From Octopus sinensis (taxonomy: Eukaryota), in NCBI RefSeq assembly GCF_006345805.1, contig NC_043001.1, positions 90,830,001-90,894,000 on the forward strand: DNA of 64,000 nucleotides, read 5' to 3'. Shown here in pieces: positions 25,647 through 39,156 of this stretch. The position numbers and the translations under genes were made by a program. Within the stretch, counting starts at the first letter, position 1. Every line of letters starts with the position of its first letter. A model generated the notes under the pieces. It searched no databases. It saw only the letters and a list, made by a program, of their open reading frames with translations, and had not been told where the DNA came from.

Positions 25647-26105
25647 TCTCTTATTATAAAAGGCAGATTTTATCTGCCTCCCTTTGGGGGTTATAGAAAT
25701 CTACAATATAGGATTTCTTCAATTACAATTTACCTAGCAGTTTTGAGAGTACAATGCATCGCGTCATGCCAGGTCCAGTTTTTAAAATTTAAACTCCAAT
25801 TAAGCAAAATTTACAGAAAACTCACATTCTGGTGTGTGTGTCAAATGCTTTTCTTAGTCTGGTTTACACCACACGCAAACGCACACACACAGTGGGCAAC
25901 GAATAAAATGAAAGTAAATAGCGACAGAGTGATTTGAGGAAGACTAAAGTGAAAGTATTCTGTCTATGACGCTGATAGATACATGAGTAAAATGTATGGG
26001 AAGCTAAGAGCTAAGAGTGAGTGAAAATGTTCTTGGAAGAGAGTAATTAGTAATAAAGTAAACATACACTCATACATACATACATACATACATACATACA
26101 TACAT

Positions 26106-26140
<35 letters not shown>

Positions 26141-27443
26141 TACATACACACACACATACATACATACACACATACATACATACATATACATACATACATA
26201 CATATACATACATACACACACACACATACACACACACACAGTATTGAAGCTTGAGAACAATCAGATACATTTGCAACACATCTGTTGAAAATATTATTGT
26301 TCACACACATACATATACATATATACATACAGACAGACAGACAGATAGACACACACACACACACACACATGATCCAGCATGGCCACAACCTCAAGGCTGA
26401 AACATATAAAAGAATAACAGAATATAAATGTGTGCAAAGTACAAGAAATATTAATGCAGTATATGGGGATTGGACAATAAGCGTAAGGCAGTGTCAATGG
26501 TGGTTCCAGAAATCCCGAGCCATAAACTACAGCCTAGAAGACGAGCCTCATCCTCAAAGATCTGTAGAACTCGACAAGGACATCCTGAAAACCCTGGTGG
26601 AACAAAATATCATCGTAACTGTTAAGGAACTAGCAGAGAAGCTTGGATTTGGTCATTCAACCATTCATTGACACCTGTGTGCTATCGGAAAAGTCAGCAA
26701 ATTGGGTCAATGGGTTCCTCACGAACTTTCCGAGTCTAATTGCATGCAGAGAGTGAATGTATGCTTTTCTTTGCTGTCACATCTCACCACTACTGCGCTA
26801 TGTATATCTATATATATAAAACTGTAGTTGTGTGAGTGTCTGTCCCCTTCGATTTAGATTCCTAACTACTCCCACATTTTGTGGTACAGTTTAACCAAAT
26901 TTGGGTAGCTTATAGTCGTGATTCATATCGAGCCCGTCTGAATATTAGTGCGCGTCTACGATGAGTCTACGATTTTAAAAATAATTTAACATCATTTTTT
27001 ATTCCATTTTAATGCATAATTTTTCGTGTGTCGATGGCGGCGGAGTTGGCGTCCACGCTCACACCTGCACCTGTGGGGAAGGGAGTGTAAGGAAATCAAC
27101 GTCGTAATGCGTTGTCAAGGAGACCAGTGTTCTTTTAGAACAACGACTTCATGGCTTGAAGACACCAAAACAGAAATGGCTAAGAAAGCGTCTACATGAG
27201 TCTACGATTTAAAAAAAAATTTACCATCGTTTTTTTTCCATTTTAATGCATTTTTTCGCTATTATATAAGGGAAGTAACTCTCTAAAAATGTCTACGATG
27301 AGTCAACGATTTAAAAAAAAATTTACCATCATATTTTTTCCATTTTTAATGCATTTTTTGCTATTTTTTGGCTATAACTCTCTAAAAATGCTTATATAGT
27401 TATTTCCCTTACAAACCCGAGCAAGGCCGGGCGATACTGCTAG
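25647..27443 (+). mobile_element. Composite non-autonomous Helitron, copy B
   Basis: Same TC start and CTAG end as 15020-17167; inserted in a (TA)n run; lacks ~300 bp present in copy A. Confidence 0.85.
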
Positions 27444-27829
27444 TATATATATAAAATAAAATACAAAATGGGACAAGAACACAAAACATCTGGACAACTA
27501 GGTGATACAAAAAGGGACAACAAAACATCCAGATAGATGATACAAAACGGGTCATTCGAAGCCTTTTATCCTCAGTCAAGAACCGGATCATCCTTGCAAT
27601 TTCGGCTGATTAATCTTGAGATTGCTTCAATCTGGCCAGCCCCAAGGAAAAACTAAGCTAAGAGCATTAGATTCCTTGGAAAAAAGCATTGAATGTATAC
27701 GAAAACAAGGATGGAAAAACAGCCGATGTTACATCATCATCATCATCATCGTTTAACGTCCGTTCTCCATGCTAGCATGGGTTGGACGGTTCGACCGGGG
27801 TTACATGAATATAAATGCAAAAATACAAT

Positions 27830-27880
27830 AAAATAATAATAATAATAATAATAATAATGATAATAATAATAATAATAATA
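27830..27880. repeat. (AAT)n microsatellite
   Basis: Directly visible. Confidence 0.95.
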
Positions 27881-30789
27881 GGACATAACAACAGGCATGT
27901 TTCGACTGGAGACGAATTGAATTCAGCTGATATATATATATATATATATATATGTAGCACAAATCCTGTCAAGACTGTCTTTGTCTTTTGTCCTTCCAAG
28001 GACTCCAAAATATGTACTAGCTAAATAGTAATCAATTTAATCAACTGTTTTGTTCCTTCCTATATATATATAATAAAGGATAAAATTAATTAATCAATTA
28101 ATAATTAATAATTTTACCAAGTAGTTCGGTATGTTAGAAGAATCATTATCGGTAACCTTATACAAAAATTCTATAATTATAAGCTTAATTATAATTAGGG
28201 TTTCGGTATGCGGTGAAGCAAATTTTTGCTGAACCCTAATTATAATTATGCTTATAATAATAGAATTTTTGTGTGTGTGTGTGTGTGTGTATATATAACT
28301 ACCTTTATATTTTCATATTATTCTTCTGTTATAATAATAATAATAAAACATTGTGTACAGTGCTCAGGTGCACTACACATCATTTAATTCTAGTATCAAA
28401 GCAACTATGCATTTCTTCTCAAACTTACAAATTAATATCAACCCTTTTAATGTAAAAATCAGATATATCCACTCAAAGTTTCACTACCTGAACTGTAGAA
28501 AGAAGTTTTATATACCAATCTCTCTTTTGTTGAGGAACTCCATGTTTGAAACTATTTTTTGAGGAGGTATGTTAAATTTTTTAAGGTAATGTGACTTGCA
28601 GAAAATGCCAATTCAATATTTTGGTAGATATTTAATATCATTATTTCAATAACCATGAAATTAATTTTACTGTTAAAAAGGTAAGGGGAAATATGTAAGA
28701 CTTTTACAGGTACCTAGTATCTTGCGATGTGAACTATAGACTGAGATTTCTATGTCAAAAGAATAGAAGATAAGATGATGGTGGATTGGCAGAATTGTAA
28801 AATGTCATTGACATTTAGTTATGGGCTCTATGTTCTATGTTCAAATCTCACTGGGATCAACACTGCAATATTGCAAGGGTTGATAAAATAGAGTAGTTGT
28901 TAAGTACTGGGCTGTCTTCCATACTAGTAAAGGAGGCTGGATGGTTTAACAGGATATGATGGGTCAGAGAGCTATGTCATGTCCCAATGTCTACTTTGGC
29001 ATGATTTCTATGGCTGGATACCCTTCCTAATTTATGGAATGTACTGACTCCAGCACCAGTGAGGTTGTCATGTAACCCCAAAGACTAAGATTCCCGTTGA
29101 CTGTGCGGGGCTACAGTAGAGTGGAGGCAACCTTATGCTAGGTGATGAAAAGTTAGAGTATGAAGGAAGAGGCCAGGACAGATTTTTTTACAGTTAAGGG
29201 GATTCAGTGTGAGACTGGAGAGATAAAGTTGGAGGTGGGAAGGTGTCAGGATGGGGCCTGGGGGTTAGAAGGACATAAAGTGGGGATGCATGTAGGTTGC
29301 AAGAGTGATTGTTTGAAACGGGGTAGAGGTGCAAATATACTGAAAAAAAACAAGGGTTGAAACACAGGAGAGGTGAATGATGGATGAGTGGGATAGAGGG
29401 TAGGTTTGAAGGGTGAATATAGAGAATAGTGAAATTGATCAATAATACGAGTCGGAGGTGGGGTGGCGAGTGTGGGTGCTAACAGACAGGACGGGAGGTG
29501 AATGTAGTTGAATACAGTAGACAGGAGAAGAGAAAGGGAGATGATGTGTGGAGGGTGCAAGAGTTGGGATTAGCTGAATTAGAGACAGTCTTTGAGATAA
29601 TTATAATTACATACATCAACGACCCATAGATATTGAAATCAACCATATAGTCATTCAAACATCTGGATAGCCTTGCCAAATGATACAAACGTGTTGTCTG
29701 ATGGAATTAGTGAAGATGTATGATGATCAAAGACAATACAACCATCACTACTAGTCTTTCAGGCATTACGTATCCAGGCAGACATTATCCAGTCTCTCCC
29801 TCGATTTTCAAGTCTGTAGGGAATAATTCAAAGCAATTTATTTGCTCTTTTTAGAAAATCGAGCGACTATGTAAAGGTTCCTTTGATGTATGACGTGTAT
29901 GTATATGTTCCAGTGTGTCAATAAAATACAGATGGTTTAAAGATGACAGATATATAAAGATAATTTATATGAACACTCAAATATATGATGAATCCGGAAT
30001 TCAGTTAAATGTTATGGGAATGAATCACAACGTTTCTTTTGATGATAGACTGCTAGAATGATTCAAGGAATGAATTATTTCAGTTGTACCTACAAATGTT
30101 AAGTACGTGAATAGTCGTTTAAATAGAATCCCTCGCTCTCTTATAAGATTGAAGGTTTTAAAATTAACCGTTATCATTTCGTATGGGAAGTTTCCTGAAA
30201 ACTCACTGATAATTTTTATTGACTTATGGACACGCCCCAGTGTCTCAAAAAATTTAGAATGGGCTTTCAATACATCATACAAGATCTGTTTTCAAAGAAC
30301 GGAGTTATTGATACTGCGTTAAACCAAGTTAACAAGTTATCAATAAAACATATTCATAGTAAATATGACTAAGAAAAATTCCAACTATAAATGGATCCAT
30401 GTCAGTAGGGAAACATTTTTAGTCTGCAGAATATGAAGTTAAGAATTGGATTTGCATTAAACGTAAAAATTTTAGTTTCTCTACTCTGCAGCATGGAGCT
30501 TAGACTTGGATTTTCATAAGCGTAAAAGAATTTAAACTTCCAGATATGAAATTTAGAATTAGCTCTAAATCAAAACTCAAAGACTTTACACTGCAGCATA
30601 AAGGCTTTGGAAGTGGATTTGCTTAAGACATAAATTAAAAGATAACGCAGTTTTAAATATATGTTATTATTTCGTATGTACCAAGAATTTCATTTCTATA
30701 AAAATGAAGATTCAGTTATTCAATGTAAAGTTTCAACTCAATCCAAAGTTAAAAGATATTTCCAATAGTATATCATATTTGTGTGTATG

Positions 30790-31825
30790 TGGTTCAGCAG
30801 GCGTTCAACAGCCGACAGCCTGTATGACCTCTTGGAAACTGCGTGTGTTTTGCCTCATTTCCCACGTGCTTTTTGTGCTAGTCACATGACCGCCATCATG
30901 GCGACATTCTACTTTTACCAGTGGAGACTATAAAATATTACAACACAATGCCATATACGATGTAGCTACCAGATAAGTCGTTGTTCCAACAGAAACCTAT
31001 CTCTATGATGTTAAATTCGGGATAATAACGTAAAGATACTTAAACTTCACTTGCTAACAAAATTTCAATAATATTTTTTGTTAGCCTTTCTCATAGTAGA
31101 ATCGCGCCCATCTACCGTTCAGAACACACTTTGTCAGTCTGGGACTTGTCATGTTTTGAAGATGTTTTCTTTTTTGTTGTTTAACAAAAACAAATGTTTG
31201 GCAGAAATATGTTGAGCTGGTAGCCTGTATTCTTCTGCGCAAGCCAGAAGTATTTTGTTTTACTGAGTGCCTTCGTCTTAAAGTAGTCGCATTGTGGTTC
31301 TACTTAATATGGAACTTCGCTCCACGGAAATATTTACAAAAGAATTATGTTAACAGAAAAACTATAATACTCGTTTACTACTTTATTCATTTATTCATCA
31401 ATGTAGGTATTTTTCTTTAGAAACGCGGTCATCGAACGTTTTTCTCCCTAATTAGCAAATTTAAACAAATTGGCCATAAAACTTGACAGTTTTATGTTTG
31501 CTTTCTTCGGTTTTAAAACTGATGAAAAGCGAAACACTTTTTCAGTCGCTGTGAACGCTCCGGTTTGTTTAGAGGTGTTCCATGTTGCTATCAAATAGTT
31601 TGTCGACATTAGAGAAGGGGAAGAGGTGCTGCTGTCTGTGTCGACACTATAAATGTCAACATAACGACACGGTCTCCACTAACCGAACAACCAAATTATT
31701 ACAACAGTATTTCTGCACTGTCGCCTCTAGCCGAACCATCAATTCATCACATCAACAACAGCCCTTCAAACTACTAAGATAGTTGCTACCGGGCGGATAT
31801 ATTTTTCTTACATAGTTTTCCATTC
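30790..31825. promoter_or_regulatory. CpG-enriched promoter / 5' region
   Basis: Repeat-free with many CpGs versus depleted flanks; CACGTG (30863), GTCACATGAC (30881) and CGCCATCATGGCG (30891); directly upstream of an ATG-containing exon. Confidence 0.65.
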
Positions 31826-31954
31826 ATGATGATTTATCTTATCGTGTTTTCTACTGTTGCTGGTGCCCTGGGCCTGGTCGTCTTCATACTGTTCATGATG
31901 CAATATCGGTCTTTACAGGCTTGGAGAATTGACCAAAATGTGGACCTCAAGAAG
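31826..31954 (+). CDS. First coding exon of an unidentified single-pass (N-terminal signal-anchor) membrane protein
   Basis: MMIYLIVFSTVAGALGLVVFILFMMQYRSLQAWRIDQNVDLKK, ending in a perfect AAG|gtaagt donor (phase 0); possible acceptor at 31815. Confidence 0.75.
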
Positions 31955-32894
31955 GTAAGTTTCTTTGTTTTTTTTTTGTTGATATATTAACTTAAAAAAA
32001 ATAAGGCCGAAAGGTATGTTTTAAGGAATTCTATAAGGTATGTTTTAAGGAATTCTATAAAACCTGTTTTTATACTTCCACTTACAGCTTTTTGGTACTT
32101 CAACTATTCATTTGAAAAAAATTATAAAAGATAAGACTGTTATGTCGCTTGTTAATTTGTTTCAATTATGTATAGAATATGTATATTTTCTCAGAATAAT
32201 TTATGAATTATAAACTATTAAAACAACCTCAAAAGTTTTTCGCACTGAAAAATAGAACACGGAAAAGTGTTTATTAAATCCTTTCTCTCTTTTTCTTGAA
32301 GTAACTTGTGTTATTTTCTAGAATTAAAAAAAATTAAGTTTTCTCTTGTATTTCAAGATAGGCACACACGGTCTCTTTCAGCCATCCAATTAATTGTAAG
32401 TTTTAAAGCTACGTATTTTTTTTTAATATTAGAAGCCATTCAAGCAATGAGAATTTTTCTTTTATTCTAATGTACCCCGGACTATATTATCCATTGTGTA
32501 CACTTTTTTTAATGATAGTAGGGTGTGATCTGAGAGATTTGGCTGCTATTTTCTTGCAGAGTTTAGCTAAAATGAGCAACATTGGTTGATACAGTGATAT
32601 ACTTTACTACACTCATACACTGATGAGACATTCCTATCTGAATGGGTGTGTGTGAAAATGCTGTTTTCTTGAATTTAAATACAAAATTACGGAAAGACAT
32701 TCTCCCCCACCATTTTCTCTCAAGTTTGTTTTATTTTGTTATATTTTTTTCCCCAAAAATCCCCGTTTTCGGATACGGAGGTTCCGGAAAATTGCAAAAA
32801 ATTGTGAAATCCCCTATTTCAATTTTGACCCCCCCACCCAACATTAACCCTAAAACCATAACCGTAATTTCTTATGACACACAAAAAAAATCAC

Positions 32895-33222
32895 AAGCGT
32901 GGTTATACGATTAATAAACCTGCTTCTCAACTATGTGGTCTTGGGTTCAGTCTCACTGCGCGGCACCTTAGGTAAGTGTCTTCCACTGTAAACCTGGGCT
33001 AACCAAAGCCTTCTGAGTGGATTTGGTAGACGGGACTTGAAATAAACTCGTCGTATGTCTCCTACCGCCGCTTGACAACCGGTGTTAGTTTACGAGCCTG
33101 TAACGTAGCAGTCCGGCAATAGAGATAAAATAAGCACGTCTTTAAATACTGGGGTCAATTTCTTTGACTCTTCAAGGTGGTGCTCCGGCATGGTCGCAGT
33201 CTAGGTTGAAACCAATAAAAGG
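32895..33222 (+). mobile_element. SINE family A
   Basis: gggttcagtctcactgcgcggcaccttaggtaagtgtctt... matches the reverse complement of 10983-11376. Confidence 0.8.
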
Positions 33223-33394
33223 TAGCATGTACCGAAATGTCAATTTCTCAAAACTTTTGTAGTTACAAAGTGTATGTTTACTAAATTCCCTGTATTTGAA
33301 TGATACATTTATTGGGTGATATCGGTTTTTCTGTCTGACTTTTGGTCCTCTTATTTACCATATTTAGACAAAAGCACAATCTTCAACGCTTCCT

Positions 33395-33892
33395 TTCATT
33401 GTATGTTCAGGGGTTGGCCTCAGTTTCTCTATTTATTTAGCTTTTGTCCTTAATGGTTGTCTCCCAACATTTGAACTCGGAGCAGAGGAAGTTGAAACAA
33501 ATACCGTAAGATATGCTATCCGACGCGCTAACGATTCTGCCAGTTCGTGGCCTTTCCTTAATTTAAACTATTGGTTTAGTTGTTGGCATTGTATTTAGTT
33601 ATAATTTTTCTCCTTTATTTCCCTTCCGTACTGCACATCTTGTCCGCAGACGGTTATCACTCAGCTCTTCTCCATCTCTGGAGAAAGGGACGTTGGCAGT
33701 AATCTTCACCCCGCTCGCGTACCCTATTACTGCTCTACGTATCCGATTCGGAGAGAAAGCGAGAATCGACCTTCATACTTAGTCAATATCGAATCTGGGA
33801 ATGACTCTCGACGGAATTTGAACTCGAGCACAGAAGGTGGGGAACATGCTGCAAGACATTCCAGCCGTCTCTTAATGACTTCCGGTTCACCG
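33395..33892 (-). mobile_element. Two degenerate family C-like SINEs
   Basis: atttgaactc B-box complements at ~33470 and ~33815; acgcgctaacgattctgccag head. Confidence 0.55.
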
Positions 33893-34249
33893 TTTGTAGT
33901 TTCCATTGCCTGGTGTTTGCCTTATATTGTAATGTTGCTATCCATTTGGCAAGTAATTTTTATGTGGAGTCCTTTTTCATCCATTTATCCTCCACTGATG
34001 ACACCATTGATAAAGGGAAGAAAATTTTGTTCTATAAAAACTGGTAAAACTACATGTTTAGTGGATTGCATTTCTCTTTATATACTGAGTCAACTGCTAA
34101 CTACTACAGTTCATCTGTTGCATACAACAGTTTCCTCTATCAACCCTGTTGTGAAATAATTTCTTTGTACTTACACTGGATACATAGTTTCTATTCCTTT
34201 TCTGCGTATGGAGCGTGGACACTTTTCATTAGACAGCTGTATTTTTTTT

Positions 34250-34860
34250 TTTTAGTTTTACTTTTCGACTTCAACATTCCAGGTTAGGAATGTTTCCTTT
34301 AATTCATCAACTGATTTATCTGTGAGGACTAGGCTCCTTGTCATAGGTCTAAACCCAAACTGTTTTTTTAATTAGCTATGCTACAGCTCTTTCTATCATT
34401 TTTTTTTATAGCTTGGTACATTGATTTAATGTTTCTATTGTTGCTTCTCAGAGCAGTTGATGCTGTTACCACTGTGCCATTTTCTCAGAAAGCACCATCT
34501 TGTACTATCTGATTAACTTTGCAAAAACCAGCACGTCCAGCTTCACCAGATATTTTCAGTATCTTAGCTACTATTTCTGAGAGTAGAGCTGTCGACCTAT
34601 ATAGTTAGTTTCATATTGGGTCTGTTTGGGTGTAGTCCCTCTTTCTCCTGCATATTCGCCTCAATTCAGGAATCTCTTGAAATAGCATTTCCATGCTTCT
34701 TTTTGTCATTATGCACACATTTCTCTACAATACACTGATTTCTGCTGATGCTGTTTTTGCATTCTGGAGCACTTCATGTCTTTGATCTTCTTGCAGAACA
34801 TTGGTAAAGCTCTTAACTTTCAGTTATTCTTTGCTCAGTATGATTGACACCTAGCTCCTT
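34250..34860 (-). mobile_element. RTE ORF2 relic
   Basis: Minus-strand KMWHSG/LINQIV-like and QFGFRP motifs, degraded. Confidence 0.55.
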
Positions 34861-35019
34861 TTTTTTAGCTACCCAGTATCATTTCCTTGCACTTTTTCTT
34901 CATTCTTTCTTACATCGTGGCTTTTATGAGAGAGCTCTCTCATATGCCACCATCCTGTTATTTTTTTTCTGGTTGGAACCTTGCTCCATTCAAACATCTG
35001 GTCTGTGGTTCTCTGCTGG

Positions 35020-35310
35020 TTCATCATCGTCATTTAACGTCCCTTTTCCATGCTAGCATGGGTTGGACGGTTTGACTGAGGTCTGGAGAGCCAGGAGGCT
35101 GCACCAGGCTCCAGTCTAATCTGGTAGTGTTTCTACAGCTGGATGCCCTTCCTAACGCCAACCACTCCGTGAGTGTAGTGGGTGCTTTTTACGTGCCACC
35201 AGCATGGATGCCAGTCAAGGCGGCGCTAGCATCGACCACATTTGGATGGTGTTTTTTGTGTGCCACTGGTACAGGTATCACAACTACAATTTCCATTTGA
35301 TTTTTATTTT
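35020..35310 (-). mobile_element. RTE-tail element
   Basis: Reverse complement of 24952-25229. Confidence 0.9.
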
Positions 35311-35402
35311 GTTTCTTAGAAACTCATTTCTCATTTGTTTCATAGCCATCTCCACCTCTAGAACTTTGAGTTTACATATGACAAGGGATTTCATCTGCAA
35401 TA

Positions 35403-36639
35403 TTAGGGTTGTCTGAAAAGGTCATAGGCTGACCAAGATACTCTCATGGAATGTGACTAAATGAGGTTTAACATTGAGGAATCCCCTATGGTCCACTGAC
35501 TTCTTTTGGGGTTGCAGTGCTTTGATCAATTTAGTGGAAAAGCTTTTCATCCTGTTAGTCAAAAAAGGCATCAACAGCAGATGTATTCATCACTGCAATA
35601 CTGGTTGGCAGCCAAGTTTTTTTTTTTTTTCATGTTAGGGAACAGATGAGTTGAACAGGGCCAAATGAGAATAGAGAGAGCAGTTAACACGATCAAAGCC
35701 AGTCATACACAGCACAAGGACTTATGTGCTAGAGCATTGTGCTGATGAAATAAGACCTCTTTCATCAGTTTTTCTGGGCTTTTGATCTTAATAGCCATCT
35801 GTAACAGCATCAGCAAGTTGACATAGTACTCTTCATTGATGATGTGGCCCTTCTGAAGATAGTCAATAAACAATGCCTTTTACATCTGCTAAAAACAGGC
35901 CATCGCACCCCTTGCAGATAAAAACAAACTTGGCCTTCTTAAAGCAGGCGAAGAGAGGTGTTTCCACTTCATGGATTGGCTCGTTGGCTGAAAATGAAGA
36001 CGCCAGCACTCCTTCTTGCTTAGGAAAATGTTCAAGCTGGATCTACCTCAGACAATGTCAGATTTTCCCATGATGTGATCAGCCTGGTGTGCTTTTGATC
36101 AGGTGTCAGAAAACGTGGCATCTACTGAACAAAAACCTTTGTCATGCTAAGTTCATTGTGGAGAATATCCTCAATTCTTTCATGGGATATGTTAATAGCA
36201 TTGTCTATTTGATTTATTGTCAATCACCTGTCATACATTACCATGTGGTGAACATGTTCAGTGCATTTTCGGCAGTGGCAGTTACAGGATGTCCAGACTT
36301 TGGGTCAGTTTCAAGATTCTCCCGTCCTTACCTAAATTCAGCTGGCCACTTTATGTGCTAGTGATAAAACTGGAGTGTCATCTCCTAATGTGTCAGCATG
36401 AATGACCTTGCAGGCTAAACCCATTTTCTGCAGGTAGTTAACACTGGAATGCCAAATTTTGTCTATTTTGAAGAGAAGTTGCTACTAGTTACTTTTGAAG
36501 TCTTCCTTGACAGTCAAATGTCAGTTTACCTAGAAAGAAACAATGCAGTTATTAGTAGTTGAAGTTACAGCATGCAAGGTTTCACTGCTGTAGCAGGACT
36601 CTTTCCTAGTCAGCCTATGAACTTTTCAGCTCACCCTCA
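35403..36639 (-). mobile_element. Full-length mariner relic
   Basis: ~30-bp TIRs (ttagggttgtctgaaaaggtcataggctgac / gtcagcctatgaacttttcagctcaccctca), TA flanks, ~1.24 kb; minus-strand LFHQHNA..HKS and FPNMKK motifs. Confidence 0.9.
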
Positions 36640-38664
36640 TACACTCTGTCCCAGTTTATCTCCTGTCTCTGAATGCATATTATCTATTATACTTTTCTCA
36701 CTCAACACTGCTCTATGTACATTTTTCACCAGAGAATGACTTCGTATTCCTAGCCAGTTGTTTGTCCCATTCCCTGGTAAGCATAGTCTTTGCCAGAGTG
36801 GTAGCAATTGGGTGGCTGGCTGGTTTTCTAAAATTTGTTTTGCAAAAGATTATCATTTGTATCACAGAATACCAGCATCCTTGATTTTTCTTTATTCCTT
36901 ATACCCAAACCATAGCTTCCATGTACACCCTAACTTAGCCTTATCATGGTATTAGTCATAACAAAGTTGCTGTAGTCTTTTATTAGTCTGCAAGAGGACC
37001 TTATAGAAATGATTATTTTGCTTATGTCAGCTTAACTGTGACTCATTTTCAAAAATCATTGTTATTGCTGTGTTGTGTATGACTGTCCTAAGCTTAATCT
37101 TTTTAATACTTAAATCCCCCTTTGAAAATGTAAACAAATATCCTGTGAAGGATTTAAGAAATTTCTTGGATTTTTGAGATTTTGATATTTCAATGTTCAA
37201 ACCCCACCAGTCACTTTACAGTATGGACTGGGTCCATTTTATCATAATATCAGCATCAGAGAGATTGTTCTTACTATTGTTTTAATTTACAATTACTGTC
37301 CTAGATGAGTTGTTTTCTGCAGTTCATAGAATCTTTGTTTCCATTATATAATTAAGGCAGAACCATTTTCATGTAATGTTGGGTTTGTTTTGATTGTCCA
37401 GTTTCCTAGATGGGTTACTGTCACTACTTGGTGGGAAGGAGAAGGGTCATTGGTAACTGAAAGGAGGCCTTTGCTGGAGGACTGAACCTAATGAGTATAA
37501 ATTTACCTGTTATGGGAAGAAGTGGGATTCCTTCTAGTAGTAATTTAAGGCTATCTCCATAGCATTTGTAGATCACAAGACAAGCCAGTGAGGATGTCAC
37601 TATAGGGTTGATAGAAGCCAAACACTCCTTAAGTAGCCTACTATCTTAAAAGTGAAAAAAACATTTGTCATAATTACTTTTCCAAGTTTGTATGGGTCAG
37701 ACAAAATTCATTGAGACAATTTCTACAGCTAGAAACCTTTGTCACCAATCCTCACCTGATTCCAAATGAATAATACTGCTTGTATGACAGTGATACTTAT
37801 TTACAAGTGTTATATGATGTCAAACCCATGAAATGTGCATGCACAACAGGCTTCGTTGAGTTTCTGTCTACCGACTGCACTCAAGGCTTTAATTGGCCTG
37901 AGGATGTATTTGAGGTGCCACATAGTTGGACTGAACCTAAATCAAATTTCTTTGTGACACAGTTATGATACCTGAAACGGCATTTTTGAAAAGATGTGTT
38001 GATCTCAAATGTTTTACGAAAGGATTAAAAATACATTGGATGCAAAAGTGGATTGAGAAAGTGGTTAAACTCGTTTTAAGAGAATAAGGTCTTACAGCTG
38101 AGGTGATGCAGGATTGAGATGCATACAAAAGAGTTGTATTACAGATCTGCAATGATATAAAAATTGATTGTATTGCACACTGTTTTTATGTGCAGATAGT
38201 CTTCTATTATTCTCTTTGGTTCGATTACCACACAACTAGCCTTATAGAGTATAAAAGATTTTGGTAATCTTTGTCATATTCATTTCCATATTATCATTAT
38301 GAATTAGCTCAGGAAGTCTCTATTTTCAGTTGATTAATTACATTGTGGTTATGAGTCATAAACTTTTTTAAAGCAGTAGGCTTCATTTTATTATCTAAAC
38401 TGTAATTGTTGTCTATTGGCAATCACAAAGGCAAGTTTGAATAACTTGTCAGAATGAACTCTTGTTTAACTGGACATTCAGCTGTTTCTGTCTATTTTGA
38501 AGTGTTTATTGGATGGTTTTGAATTAGGTTTTGTTTTTGTTGTCTAGACATTTTAACTGCCAACAAAGAAATGTCCTGTCCCTGTGTAATAGTGGTAACT
38601 CTACTTGACTCATTTTACATAGGTTCCATTCCTATTTTGATCGTTAGGAATGGGACTCAGATCA

Positions 38665-38880
38665 TCATCTTTGTTTTAACGACCACTTTTCCATACTTGC
38701 ATGAATCAAATGGAATTCATTGAGGCAAGTTCTCTGTGGCTGGATGTCCTTCCTGTTGCCAATCTGCACCAGTTTACATAGAAGATTGGAAATGACACTG
38801 CTTATATGATGGTGATGCTTGTTTACAACTGTTGTGTGATGGTAAGATAAAAGGACACTCAAACATGCATACACACATAT

Positions 38881-38955
<75 letters not shown>
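38665..38955 (-). mobile_element. SINE 3' part with RTE-type tail plus (TA)n
   Basis: Reverse complement of 49285-49490. Confidence 0.65.
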
Positions 38956-38958
<3 letters not shown>

Positions 38959-39156
38959 AGTTTATGTTGGACAAATGGTATAGAGGAGTGCTCAATACAT
39001 GTAGAGGATATAGTGTTTTTTTTTTTTTTAGTGAAATTGAAACCGAGTTTGTCTTGTTCCTTCTTTCATGCCAATCTTGTCTGAAGATCACAGTGGTGTG
39101 CAATTCAAGTTGCAAAGCATACTTTCAGTTTCAGTGAAAAAAATAAACTATACATA

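Noticed and set aside
31582-31782. 66-aa ORF upstream of the TM exon
   Set aside because: No homology recognised and no splice donor; at most a uORF.
32011-32058. 24-bp tandem duplication (also 18 bp at ~60044-60079)
   Set aside because: Ordinary slippage duplications in introns.
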